This document shows positions 1-9,083 of a DNA stretch of 64,000 nucleotides, piece by piece. Both the position numbers and the translations under genes were made by a program. Below the pieces are notes generated by a model. The model had not been told where the DNA came from. It made no database searches and saw nothing but the letters and a program-made list of their open reading frames with translations. Every line of letters begins with the position of its first letter. The first letter of the stretch is position 1. The DNA comes from Nitrospirota bacterium (GTDB lineage Bacteria; Nitrospirota; Nitrospiria; 2-01-FULL-66-17), in NCBI GenBank assembly GCA_049325295.1, contig JBMOMD010000036.1:80656-144655 (forward strand). The letters are read 5' to 3'.

Positions 1-368
1 ACCGCAAGTATCCGATCGAAACCTTGCTCGCGGCCTGTCGCGCGTATCCCTTGCCTCCACGACGGCGGATCTACGTCGAATACGTGCTCCTTGCCGGAGT
101 CAACGACTCCGCGGAGGATGCGAGACGTTTGGTCAAACTTCTCCACGGCATCCGCTGCAAAATCAATCTGATTCCCTTCAACCCGTGGCCAGGCGCCCCA
201 TTCCAACGCCCGTCGGACGCGTCGGTCGCCGCGTTCCAGGCCGCGCTCCTCGCCGCCCACTTCACCGTATTCGTACGCAAAAGCAAGGGCCGACACATCT
301 TGGCGGCGTGCGGTCAACTGCGATCAAGCCATGAGCGGGCGGCATCGCTGGTACCGCTTTCTACCTGA
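1..368 (+). CDS. rlmN: Radical-SAM 23S rRNA/tRNA adenine-C2 methyltransferase RlmN (Cfr family), C-terminal fragment; 5' end lies outside the window
   Basis: The translation ending ...YVEYVLLAGVNDSAEDARRLVKLLHGIRCKINLIPFNPWPG matches the conserved RlmN C-terminal region. The ORF runs off the left edge. Confidence 0.75.
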   Translation, partial: RKYPIETLLAACRAYPLPPRRRIYVEYVLLAGVNDSAEDARRLVKLLHGIRCKINLIPFNPWPGAPFQRPSDASVAAFQAALLAAHFTVFVRKSKGRHILAACGQLRSSHERAASLVPLST

Positions 369-439
369 TCGCGCGGCCCGCGCGCCGTTGACAAGTCTCG
401 TAATGGGGTGATACAACCGAGCGCTCAGCGGCTGACGTG

Positions 440-515
440 GTGAGTGTAGCTCAAGGGTAGAGCACTGGACTGTGGCTCCAGGGGTTGGGGGTTCGAAACC
501 CCTCACTCACCCCAC
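440..515 (+). tRNA. tRNA-His (anticodon GTG), CCA encoded
   Basis: Cloverleaf traced by hand. Acceptor GTGAGTG/CACTCAC, anticodon stem ctgga/tccag, loop ctGTGgc, T-loop TTCGAAA. An extra G at -1 (440) pairs with discriminator C, which is the histidine-specific feature. Confidence 0.7.
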
Positions 516-586
516 GCCGCCGACACCCAGTGTCACGAGTGCCGAGTTGGTCCCACCTCATGCGTTAAGCGGTCGCTAGGGATTCC

Positions 587-663
587 GCGCCTGTAGCTCA
601 GCTGGATAGAGCGTCGGACTTCGAATCCGCAGGTCGGGGGTTCAACTCCCTCCAGGCGCGCCA
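587..663 (+). tRNA. tRNA-Arg (anticodon TCG), CCA encoded
   Basis: Acceptor GCGCCTG/CAGGCGC, D-arm GCTC/GAGC, anticodon loop ctTCGaa, T-loop TTCAACT. It is nearly identical in its arms to the tRNA-Arg(CCG) at 46222-46297. Confidence 0.65.
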
Positions 664-791
664 ATCCGGCAAACCGGACCACGAGCATGACGGAACGGCC
701 GCGATCGCACCCTTTGTCAAGACGTTTGACTTTGGTTGTTTTTCAGACCTAAGATGGCCGGGTTTGTCCGGACGGAGAGGGAGACGATTGA

Positions 792-1805
<1,014 letters not shown>

Positions 1806-1808
1806 TCC

Positions 1809-3008
1809 ATGAATATCCACAAACAGACCATCGACGACATTGATTTGCATGATCGCCGCGTGTTCATTCGCGCGGACTTCAACGTGCCGCTCGATGACGA
1901 CCACAACATCACCGACGACACCCGGATTCGCTCCACCCTGCCCACGATCAACCACGCGATCGACGAAGGCGCCAAGGTCATTCTCGCGTCGCATCTGGGG
2001 CGCCCCAAGGGCCGACCCGATCCGCGGTACAGCCTCGCGCCGGTCGCCAAACGGCTCCAGCGTTTCCTGAAAAAGGACGTGCACTTCTTACCGGATTGCG
2101 TGGGCACGGCCGTGGAGGACGCGGTCGCCAACATGCGGCCCGGGGACGTGACACTGCTGGAGAATCTGCGGTTTCACGCGGGGGAAGAGGCCAACGACGA
2201 CGGATTCGCCAAATCGCTCGCGCGGCTGGCCGACGTGTACGTCAACGACGCGTTCGGCACCGTCCACCGCAGCCACGCGTCCGTGACCGGCATCACCAAG
2301 TTCGTGAAAATTTCGGCCGCGGGGTTCTTGCTGAAGAAGGAGATCGAGTACCTGGAAGGCGCGGTGGCCAACCCCACGCGCCCCTTCGTCGCCGTGCTGG
2401 GCGGGGCCAAAGTATCCGGAAAGCTCGGCGTGATCAGCAACCTGCAAAAGAAGGTGGACAAGGTCATCATCGGTGGCGGGATGGCCTTTACCTTTTTCAA
2501 GGCGTTCGGCATCGAAGTCGGCAATTCGTTGGTGGAGCCCAACATGCTCGACGTGGCGCTGGAAATGCGGGAAACCGCTCGCACGCACGGCGTGAAGTTC
2601 TACCTGCCGGTGGACTGCGTCGTGGCCACCGGCATGGAACCCGGCGCGGAAACCAAGATCGTCCCGATCCAAGAAATCCCCAAGGGATGGACCGCGCTCG
2701 ACATCGGACCCGCCTCGGTTCGGTTGTTCACCGAAGCCCTCGCCAACGCCAAAACGATCTTATGGAACGGTCCGATGGGCGTGTTCGAGCGGGACGCCTA
2801 CTCGCGCGGGACGTTGGCCGTGGCGCACGCCGTCGCCAACGCATACGCGCTGAGCATCGTCGGGGGCGGCGACACCGCGTTGGCGGTGCACCGCGCCGGG
2901 GAATCGGATAACATGTCGTTCATTTCAACCGGCGGCGGCGCGGCCCTGCAATTACTCGAAGGCAAACAGCTCCCCGGTCTCGCCGCGCTCCCCAACCGCG
3001 AACCCTGA
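1809..3008 (+). CDS. pgk: Phosphoglycerate kinase
   Basis: RADFNVPLDD and SHLGRPKG motifs. The start lies 4 nt after the gap stop. Confidence 0.95.
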   Translation: MNIHKQTIDDIDLHDRRVFIRADFNVPLDDDHNITDDTRIRSTLPTINHAIDEGAKVILASHLGRPKGRPDPRYSLAPVAKRLQRFLKKDVHFLPDCVGTAVEDAVANMRPGDVTLLENLRFHAGEEANDDGFAKSLARLADVYVNDAFGTVHRSHASVTGITKFVKISAAGFLLKKEIEYLEGAVANPTRPFVAVLGGAKVSGKLGVISNLQKKVDKVIIGGGMAFTFFKAFGIEVGNSLVEPNMLDVALEMRETARTHGVKFYLPVDCVVATGMEPGAETKIVPIQEIPKGWTALDIGPASVRLFTEALANAKTILWNGPMGVFERDAYSRGTLAVAHAVANAYALSIVGGGDTALAVHRAGESDNMSFISTGGGAALQLLEGKQLPGLAALPNREP

Positions 3009-3841
3009 TGCCGCCCTCCGCCGCGCCACCGCTCATCATCGCCAATTGGAAAATGCACAAGACCGTGGCCGAAACCGTCGCCGCGATCACCGCGTTGCGC
3101 GGTCGGCCGGATCTGCTGGCCGCCGTGGACGTGGTGCTGGCGCCGTCGGCCACCGCGCTCGACGCGGCCCGGCAGGCGATCGCGGGCGACCGCATCGGGC
3201 TGGGCGCGCAGACGTGTCATTGGGAGCCCGACGGCGCCTATACCGGCGAACTCTCGGTTCCCCAACTGGCGGACGTGGGCTGCGGATATTGTCTGGTCGG
3301 GCACTCAGAACGTCGGCAAGGGTTCGGCGAAACCAACGACCACGCCCGACGCAAGATCGCCGCGTTGCTGGCGGCCGGGCTCACGCCGGTGTTGTGCGTG
3401 GGCGAGACCGTGGCCGAGCGCCGAGCCGGTAAAACCGAGCAGGTGGTGGCCGAACAAGTCTCGATCGCGCTCCAAGGACTCGCGGCGGACCGCGTGGCGC
3501 GCGTGGTCGTGGCGTACGAGCCGGTGTGGGCGATCGGATCGGGGAAAACCGCCACGCCCGCGGAAGTCGTGACGGTTCATCGATTCATTCGCCGGCTGAT
3601 CGTCGCCGACCACGGCGACGCGGCCGGCGCCCTGCGCATCCTATACGGCGGCAGCGTGTCGCCGGAGACCATCGGCGGGCTGCTGGAGCAATCCGACATC
3701 AATGGCGCCTTGGTGGGCGGCGCCAGTCTGAAGATGACGACGTTTTTGGCGATTCTTGAGCGGGCGGCGCAGCGCAACTCGGGGCCGTTGCCGTCCGCGT
3801 CACCTCGTTCGACCCCGACAACCGCAAGGAGTTTCGCATGA
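3008..3841 (+). CDS. tpiA: Triosephosphate isomerase (with a roughly 20-aa C-terminal extension relative to typical TpiA)
   Basis: IANWKMHKT, SERR and GGASLK motifs. Its ATG overlaps the pgk stop (TGATG) and its stop overlaps the secG ATG. Confidence 0.9.
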   Translation: MPPSAAPPLIIANWKMHKTVAETVAAITALRGRPDLLAAVDVVLAPSATALDAARQAIAGDRIGLGAQTCHWEPDGAYTGELSVPQLADVGCGYCLVGHSERRQGFGETNDHARRKIAALLAAGLTPVLCVGETVAERRAGKTEQVVAEQVSIALQGLAADRVARVVVAYEPVWAIGSGKTATPAEVVTVHRFIRRLIVADHGDAAGALRILYGGSVSPETIGGLLEQSDINGALVGGASLKMTTFLAILERAAQRNSGPLPSASPRSTPTTARSFA

Positions 3842-4206
3842 CTGTATTGATTATCATCGTTCACGTCTTGGTCTGCCTGATCATGATCGGCGTGATCTTG
3901 TTGCAAGCCGGGAAGGGAGCCGAAGTGGGCGCAGCCTTCGGCGGATCCAGCCAGACCATTTTTGGCAGCCGAGGCGCCACCACGTTTTTGAGCAAACTGA
4001 CCATCGGCGCCGCGTCATTGTTCATGCTCACCTCGCTCAGTCTGTCCATCCTCTCGAATCAACGTTCGGTGGCGTCCTCGATCATCAACGCGCTGCCGCC
4101 GGAAACCGCGGCCCCGGCGCCCGCTGTTCCGTCGCCCGGCGACGCCGCGCCCACGGCCGAAACATCCCCGACCTCGAGCGCCACGCAACCGTCCGCGACG
4201 CCATGA
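3838..4206 (+). CDS. secG: Preprotein translocase subunit SecG (with a Pro/Ala/Thr-rich C-terminal tail)
   Basis: The N-terminus LIIIVHVLVCLIMIGVILLQAGKGAEVGAAFGGSS is typical of SecG. This is the classic gap-pgk-tpi-secG synteny. Confidence 0.85.
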   Translation: MTVLIIIVHVLVCLIMIGVILLQAGKGAEVGAAFGGSSQTIFGSRGATTFLSKLTIGAASLFMLTSLSLSILSNQRSVASSIINALPPETAAPAPAVPSPGDAAPTAETSPTSSATQPSATP

Positions 4207-6950
4207 CCATGCGCGCCATCGCGACAGCGCTGCTTGCGGCGGCGGTCGCGCTGGGCCACGGAAGGCCTGCGAATGCCGCCTCGGTCGACCCGATGCTCGC
4301 GCCGGTGTTATCCGGCCAGGCAACACCGTCGGCCCTGGGGTTGACCCCGCTCGGCGGCGCGACGGGCGCCGCCGCCGAACAGGATTCGTTGTTTTCGGTG
4401 AGCGTGCGGGTAACCGGTTCGCTCGACGAACTCCGAGCGCTCGGCATTCCGTTCGGCGGCGCGCTGGGCGACGTGGCCACCGCGGAAGTCACCGCCGCGC
4501 AACTTCGAATCTTGGCCGCCCACCCAGCGGTCCTATCCATTTCAGCGTCACGACCGTTGGCCCTGAACATCAACGCGAGCGTGCCGGATACCGGAGTCAT
4601 CACCGACCCCAATACGCTCGTCACGCAGCCCACCGTCCCCAACCCCTTTCGCCGCCACGACAATGGCGCGTGGAGTGACACCAGTTATACCGGCCGCGGC
4701 GTGCTGATCGGCATCATCGACACCGGGGTGGACCTCGCGCACGACGATTTCCTGAAACGCGACGGCGCCACGCGCGTGCTGGCGGTGTGGGATCAGTCCA
4801 GTTCGGTCGGTCGCCCGCCGCGAGGTTTTTCCTACGGCGCGGAATGTACGTCGGAACAGATCGATACCAGGGACTGTCCGCAGGTGGACCGTGATGGACA
4901 CGGCACCCACGTGGCCGGCATCGCGGCCGGAGACGGCTCCGCCACCGGTCGCGACCAACCGATCTTCCAATACATCGGGATGGCGCCCGAGGCGGATCTG
5001 CTCGTGGTCAAGTTGCGCTCGCAGACCACCACGCGCGTGATCGACGCCCTGGACTATCTCCACCGCAAGGCCGTCGCCCTGGAGAAGCCGATCGCCGTGA
5101 ACTTGAGCCTCGGCTCGCCGCTGGGACCCCATGACGGCACCACGGACCTGGAGCGAGCCATCGACGAGTTTACCGCGCGGGGCATCGTGCTCAGTGATCA
5201 AGCCCGGACCCTCGGCGCGGTCGTCGTGGTATCCGGAGGCAACAACGGACAATACGTGCCGCCGTCGCCCAACCCCAGCGACCCCACGCTCACGCCCGCC
5301 CCGGTCCCCTTGCACGCGGTCGGGTGTTTCCAAGCGGCGACGGCCTGCCCGCCCGGGATTACCGCGTTGTCAGCCGGTGCTCCGACCGCGGTCAGCTTCA
5401 ACGTACCGGGCGACAGTTCGCCGAGACCGGACACGACCAGCGTCACCCTCGACGTGTGGTATCCGGGGACGTCCACGCTTGGCGTGTCGGTCCAACACGC
5501 CACCCCCGGCTGCGGCGCAGGACCGGCGTCGCTGGCCGGCTCCGGATTCGTCAGCGTCACCACGCCGTGTGGCACGATCGTCATCTCCGCGGCGGACACC
5601 CAGAACAGTAACGGGGACCGCAACACTCAGGTGGTGATCACGCACGCGACGCGGATCACCCCCGGAGTCTGGACTCTGACCATCATCCCGGACTCGATCC
5701 CCGCCACCACGCGGTTCGACGTGTGGTCGGACGCCTCCCCCAGCGAGAACCGGATCGGCTTCAATAGCCTGCCCAGCGCCGCCACGACCATCGACTTTCC
5801 CGCTTCCGCGTCAGGGGCCATTGCGGTGGTCCCGTACATCACCAAGTTGTCCTGGACCTCGTTGGTTCCGGGTTGTTGCCAACTCGATCCGGCGCTCGGC
5901 AAAATCAACGGGCTCGCGACCTATGCCAGTCGCGGCCCGCTGAGACAATGCTCGCTGTGCGCGGTTCCCCCCCCGAAACCGGAGTTGGCCGCGCCCGGCT
6001 TGGCCATCATGTCCAGTTTCTCGTCGCGCATTTCCGGCACCTCGTTGTTGGACTTTCAGACCGATCCTGACCGGAGCCATTACATCCTGTCGGGATCCAG
6101 CATGGCCGCGCCGCACGTGACGGGCGCGGCGGCGATCCTGCTGCAAATCAACCCGTTGTTGACCGCTCAGGAGGTCAAGAACTACTTGATCAACAACGCG
6201 GTGCCGCCGGCCGGCAACGTGACCCCGCCGCCCACGCTCCCCGACACGCAGTGGGGAGCCGGCCGTCTCGCGATGCCCGCGGCGATCGCGGCCCTCCGGG
6301 CGACCGGCAGTGATCGCGTGCCCTCGTCGCCGGATGGTCTGCGCGTCACGTCGGTTCACAGCCGGCGGGTCGCGCTGGCCTGGGATCGGAGCGCCGATCT
6401 GGATTTGCAGACGTTTCAAGTGTTGCGTCGGGCCGAAGGGGACGCGGTGGCGATCCCGCTCCTCCCGTTCTTGAACCCGACCGTGACCACGTTCGAAGAT
6501 CCGCCGAATGCCAATAGCGTCCCTCCCGAGAACGACACGGTGTACTACTATTCCGTCCAAGCCGTGGACATCGCGGGCCAAGCCAGCGTCCTCACGCCGT
6601 CCGCTGAAATACGCGCCGTACCCAACGCGGGCGAAGGCTCGGTCGGGTTCTGCTTTATCGCGACCGCGGCATACGGCAGCGCCTGGCACCCCCACGTGGC
6701 GTCGCTCCGTCGGTTTCGCGACGAACGGTTGCGGCCCTTTGCGGCGGGACGAGCCGCCATCGCCGTGTATGAAACCGTGAGCCCGCCGATCGCCGCCTTC
6801 ATCGCGCCGCATCCCACGCTGCGCGCCATCACCCGCGGCGCGCTCACCCCGGTGGTCTTCGCCGTGGAATACCCCAGAACGGCGCTGGCGTGGATCAGCG
6901 TCTTTCTGCTCGGAACGGCCACGATCGTCCGTCGTCGACGTTCGGCTTGA
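4203..6950 (+). CDS. Secreted or membrane-anchored S8 subtilisin-family serine protease with propeptide, FN3-like domain and an unusual roughly 100-aa C-terminal anchor module
   Basis: Signal peptide MTMRAIATALLAAAVALG. Catalytic triad in D-H-S order: IIDTGVD, DGHGTHVAG, GSSMAAPHVTGAAAIL. FN3-like segment LRVTSVHSRRVALAWD...YYYSVQAVD. The C-terminus is GFCFIATAAYGS...LRRFRDERL, then two hydrophobic stretches and RRRRSA. The ATG at 4203 overlaps the secG stop (ATGA). The 3756 start given in the ORF track is rejected. Confidence 0.85.
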   Translation: MTMRAIATALLAAAVALGHGRPANAASVDPMLAPVLSGQATPSALGLTPLGGATGAAAEQDSLFSVSVRVTGSLDELRALGIPFGGALGDVATAEVTAAQLRILAAHPAVLSISASRPLALNINASVPDTGVITDPNTLVTQPTVPNPFRRHDNGAWSDTSYTGRGVLIGIIDTGVDLAHDDFLKRDGATRVLAVWDQSSSVGRPPRGFSYGAECTSEQIDTRDCPQVDRDGHGTHVAGIAAGDGSATGRDQPIFQYIGMAPEADLLVVKLRSQTTTRVIDALDYLHRKAVALEKPIAVNLSLGSPLGPHDGTTDLERAIDEFTARGIVLSDQARTLGAVVVVSGGNNGQYVPPSPNPSDPTLTPAPVPLHAVGCFQAATACPPGITALSAGAPTAVSFNVPGDSSPRPDTTSVTLDVWYPGTSTLGVSVQHATPGCGAGPASLAGSGFVSVTTPCGTIVISAADTQNSNGDRNTQVVITHATRITPGVWTLTIIPDSIPATTRFDVWSDASPSENRIGFNSLPSAATTIDFPASASGAIAVVPYITKLSWTSLVPGCCQLDPALGKINGLATYASRGPLRQCSLCAVPPPKPELAAPGLAIMSSFSSRISGTSLLDFQTDPDRSHYILSGSSMAAPHVTGAAAILLQINPLLTAQEVKNYLINNAVPPAGNVTPPPTLPDTQWGAGRLAMPAAIAALRATGSDRVPSSPDGLRVTSVHSRRVALAWDRSADLDLQTFQVLRRAEGDAVAIPLLPFLNPTVTTFEDPPNANSVPPENDTVYYYSVQAVDIAGQASVLTPSAEIRAVPNAGEGSVGFCFIATAAYGSAWHPHVASLRRFRDERLRPFAAGRAAIAVYETVSPPIAAFIAPHPTLRAITRGALTPVVFAVEYPRTALAWISVFLLGTATIVRRRRSA

Positions 6951-7014
6951 TTTCGCGACGCGGGCCCCTTATGATCCGCGCCGTGTTCGTGCTCCCTCGC
7001 ATCGTGCCTCGCCC

Positions 7015-7731
7015 ATGACGCGTGTCGTGCCCAGCGAACGTCCGGCCATCGCCATGCGGGTGGCGGCCGTCACGCCTCAAGGGGTAGCGGACATTCGCTC
7101 GGTTCGACTGGAGGCGGCCACCGCCGAGCGCCCGGAGTTCGGGTTCATTCCCGGGCAATTTCTCCACCTCCGGACGCCATCCGGGGAGGCATCGTACTTC
7201 GCGATCGCCTCGGTCCCGGGCGATCCCTACTTCGAGGTGCTGGTCAAACGCGCGCAAGGCGCGTCCAAGGAACTGTTCGACCTCCCGGTCGGCGCCACGG
7301 TCCACGTCGTGGGTCCGCAAGGCAAGGGATTTCCGCTCGAGGCACACGGCGGGCTCGATGTCCTGCTGATCGGAGTCGGAACGGGCATCGCCCCCCTGCG
7401 GTCCGTGGTCGGGTGGACGCTCAAGCACCGGGAGCGGTTTGGACGCCTGACCCTGGTCTACGGCGTGTTGACGCCTCCGCACTGGTGTTATCGCGCCGAC
7501 TTTTCCGCGTGGCGGGCAGCCGGCGTCGGCACCTTCGTCACGGTGACTTCCACCGACGGCGCGGCGTGGGACGGCCCGGTGGGGTTTGTCCAAGAGCTGC
7601 TCACCGGATGCGACATTGATCCGCAACGAACCGTCGCGTGCCTGGTCGGCATGAAGGACATGGTTCGTGAGAACACCGAGCGTTTGAGCAAACTCGGCGT
7701 GCCGTCCCACCGGATTCTGCTGAACTTCTGA
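7015..7731 (+). CDS. FAD/NAD(P)-binding oxidoreductase of the ferredoxin-NADP reductase family, without an iron-sulfur domain
   Basis: FAD-binding region (ASYFAIAS, VLVKRAQG) and NAD-binding region (LLIGVGTGIAPLRS) of the FNR fold. Confidence 0.65.
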   Translation: MTRVVPSERPAIAMRVAAVTPQGVADIRSVRLEAATAERPEFGFIPGQFLHLRTPSGEASYFAIASVPGDPYFEVLVKRAQGASKELFDLPVGATVHVVGPQGKGFPLEAHGGLDVLLIGVGTGIAPLRSVVGWTLKHRERFGRLTLVYGVLTPPHWCYRADFSAWRAAGVGTFVTVTSTDGAAWDGPVGFVQELLTGCDIDPQRTVACLVGMKDMVRENTERLSKLGVPSHRILLNF

Positions 7732-7812
7732 CTCTCGGCCGCGTTGCGGCCCCGTCGCTCGTAGCGGCCCCCGCGGTTCTTTGCTATACTCGCCCCGTTC
7801 GGGGATACACCG

Positions 7813-8373
7813 ATGGCCGGTCCGCAAACACCACCACGACTCGACGGCACCCGTCGGAAAGGCCTCGTCATCGTCCACACCGGTGACGGAAAGGGCAAAA
7901 CCACGGCCGCACTCGGGTTGGCGCTGCGCGCCGTCGGACACGGGTGGCACGTGCTCATGGTCCAGTTCATCAAAGGCAGTTGGAGCTACGGAGAATTGGA
8001 GGCCGCGAAACGCCTCGCTCCCGAGCTCACGATTCAGCCCATGGGCGAGGGTTTTACCTGGGACACCAAGAATCCCGAACGCGACGCCGCCAAGGCGCGC
8101 GAGTGCTGGGACGCCGGAGTCGCCGCGGCGCGCTCCGGTCGGTATCAGATGGTCATTTTCGACGAAATCAACTACGCCGTGGCCTACGGATATCTTCCGC
8201 TGGACGCGGTGCTGGATTTTCTCGCCACCAAACCCGAAGCCGTCCACGTCGTGCTCACCGGCCGGGACGCGCCGAAGGAGCTGATCGCGGTCGCGGACAC
8301 GGTCACCGAGATGCGCGCGATCAAACACGCGTTCGAACAAGGCGTCAAAGCGCAGAAGGGCATCGAGTTCTAA
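7813..8373 (+). CDS. cobO: Cob(I)yrinic acid a,c-diamide adenosyltransferase (ATP:corrinoid adenosyltransferase, CobO/BtuR type)
   Basis: HTGDGKGKTTAALGLALRAVGHG P-loop, and FIKGSWSYGE, VIFDEINYA, VVLTGR motifs characteristic of CobA/CobO. Confidence 0.85.
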   Translation: MAGPQTPPRLDGTRRKGLVIVHTGDGKGKTTAALGLALRAVGHGWHVLMVQFIKGSWSYGELEAAKRLAPELTIQPMGEGFTWDTKNPERDAAKARECWDAGVAAARSGRYQMVIFDEINYAVAYGYLPLDAVLDFLATKPEAVHVVLTGRDAPKELIAVADTVTEMRAIKHAFEQGVKAQKGIEF

Positions 8374-8419
8374 AACGCACCAGGAAACGGACACTCTCAT
8401 CCACGAAAGGAGTCAGCGC

Positions 8420-9025
8420 ATGAATGGGTTGAGGAGAGCAGTCGTCGCCGGCGTCATCGCCGGAGTGTGCTCGGTCGGGTTTACGTCGAACGCGTGGTCA
8501 CAACCTCCGGGGCATCCCCCGATGGGAGGCGGCATGGGGATGGGAGCCGGAAAGGGCCCGGGAGCCGGACACCCCGGCATGATGTTCTCCCCGTCCTTCT
8601 TGAAGGACCAGCTCAAACTCTCGGACGAGCAAATCGAGAAATTCAGGAAGCTCCGCAACGAGTACGAGCGCGAGACCATTCGGCGCCGCGCCGACATCAA
8701 GATCGCGGAGATGGATCTCTGGGATCTGTTCGAGAAGAAAGATCTCACCGCGGATCAGCTCGAAAAGAAGGTCCGCGAGGTGGAGGCGAAGAAAACCGAC
8801 CTGAGGATTTTTCGGTTCAAACAGGTGTTCTCGATCAAAACCATCTTGACCCCCGAGCAATTCGAGAAGTTTCGCTCGCTCGGCATGTCCATGTTCGGCG
8901 GCGGAGGCGGCTACGGCATGGGCGGGGGCATGGGCATGATGGGGCACCCCGAGATGGGCGGATACGGCGGCAAGAACCGCGGCGGGTATAAATACGGGTA
9001 CGACCACGGGAGCGACGAGGACTAG
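8420..9025 (+). CDS. Periplasmic Spy/CpxP-family (LTXXQ-type) protein with Gly/Met-rich N- and C-terminal segments
   Basis: Signal peptide, helical core with repeated LSDEQ..FRKLR and LTPEQFEKFRSL motifs, flanked by PMGGGMGMGAGKGPGAGHPGMM and GGGGGYGMGGGMGMMGHPEMGGYG. An AAAGGAG RBS lies 7 nt upstream. Confidence 0.7.
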   Translation: MNGLRRAVVAGVIAGVCSVGFTSNAWSQPPGHPPMGGGMGMGAGKGPGAGHPGMMFSPSFLKDQLKLSDEQIEKFRKLRNEYERETIRRRADIKIAEMDLWDLFEKKDLTADQLEKKVREVEAKKTDLRIFRFKQVFSIKTILTPEQFEKFRSLGMSMFGGGGGYGMGGGMGMMGHPEMGGYGGKNRGGYKYGYDHGSDED

Positions 9026-9048
9026 CTCCCGCCGCCGGCAGACGTGAT

Positions 9049-9078
9049 CATCGGGGCGCACGCGCGTGCGCCCCGATG
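9049..9078 (+). terminator. Perfect 14-bp palindrome hairpin between convergent genes (Spy-like and tkt), followed by TATTTCT
   Basis: CATCGGGGCGCACG-CG-CGTGCGCCCCGATG, then tatttct. It lies between the stop of 8420..9025(+) and the stop of tkt(-). Confidence 0.55.
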
Positions 9079-9083
9079 TATTT

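Noticed and set aside
3756-4202. Upstream extension of the protease ORF
   Set aside because: It overlaps secG out of frame and encodes low-complexity Arg-rich sequence. A signal peptide begins at the ATG at 4203.
4548-6812. Several 250-330-aa minus-strand ORFs inside the protease gene
   Set aside because: They are antisense to a gene with a complete catalytic triad, and their composition is low-complexity.
7732-7812. Possible cobalamin riboswitch upstream of cobO
   Set aside because: The spacer is only about 80 nt and I could not see a B12-box-like core. It is too short for a cobalamin riboswitch.
6895-8400. 501-aa minus-strand ORF
   Set aside because: It is antisense to the well-supported FNR-like and cobO genes. 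It is Arg/Gly/Asp-rich low-complexity sequence typical of wrong-frame ORFs in high-GC DNA, with no recognisable domain.
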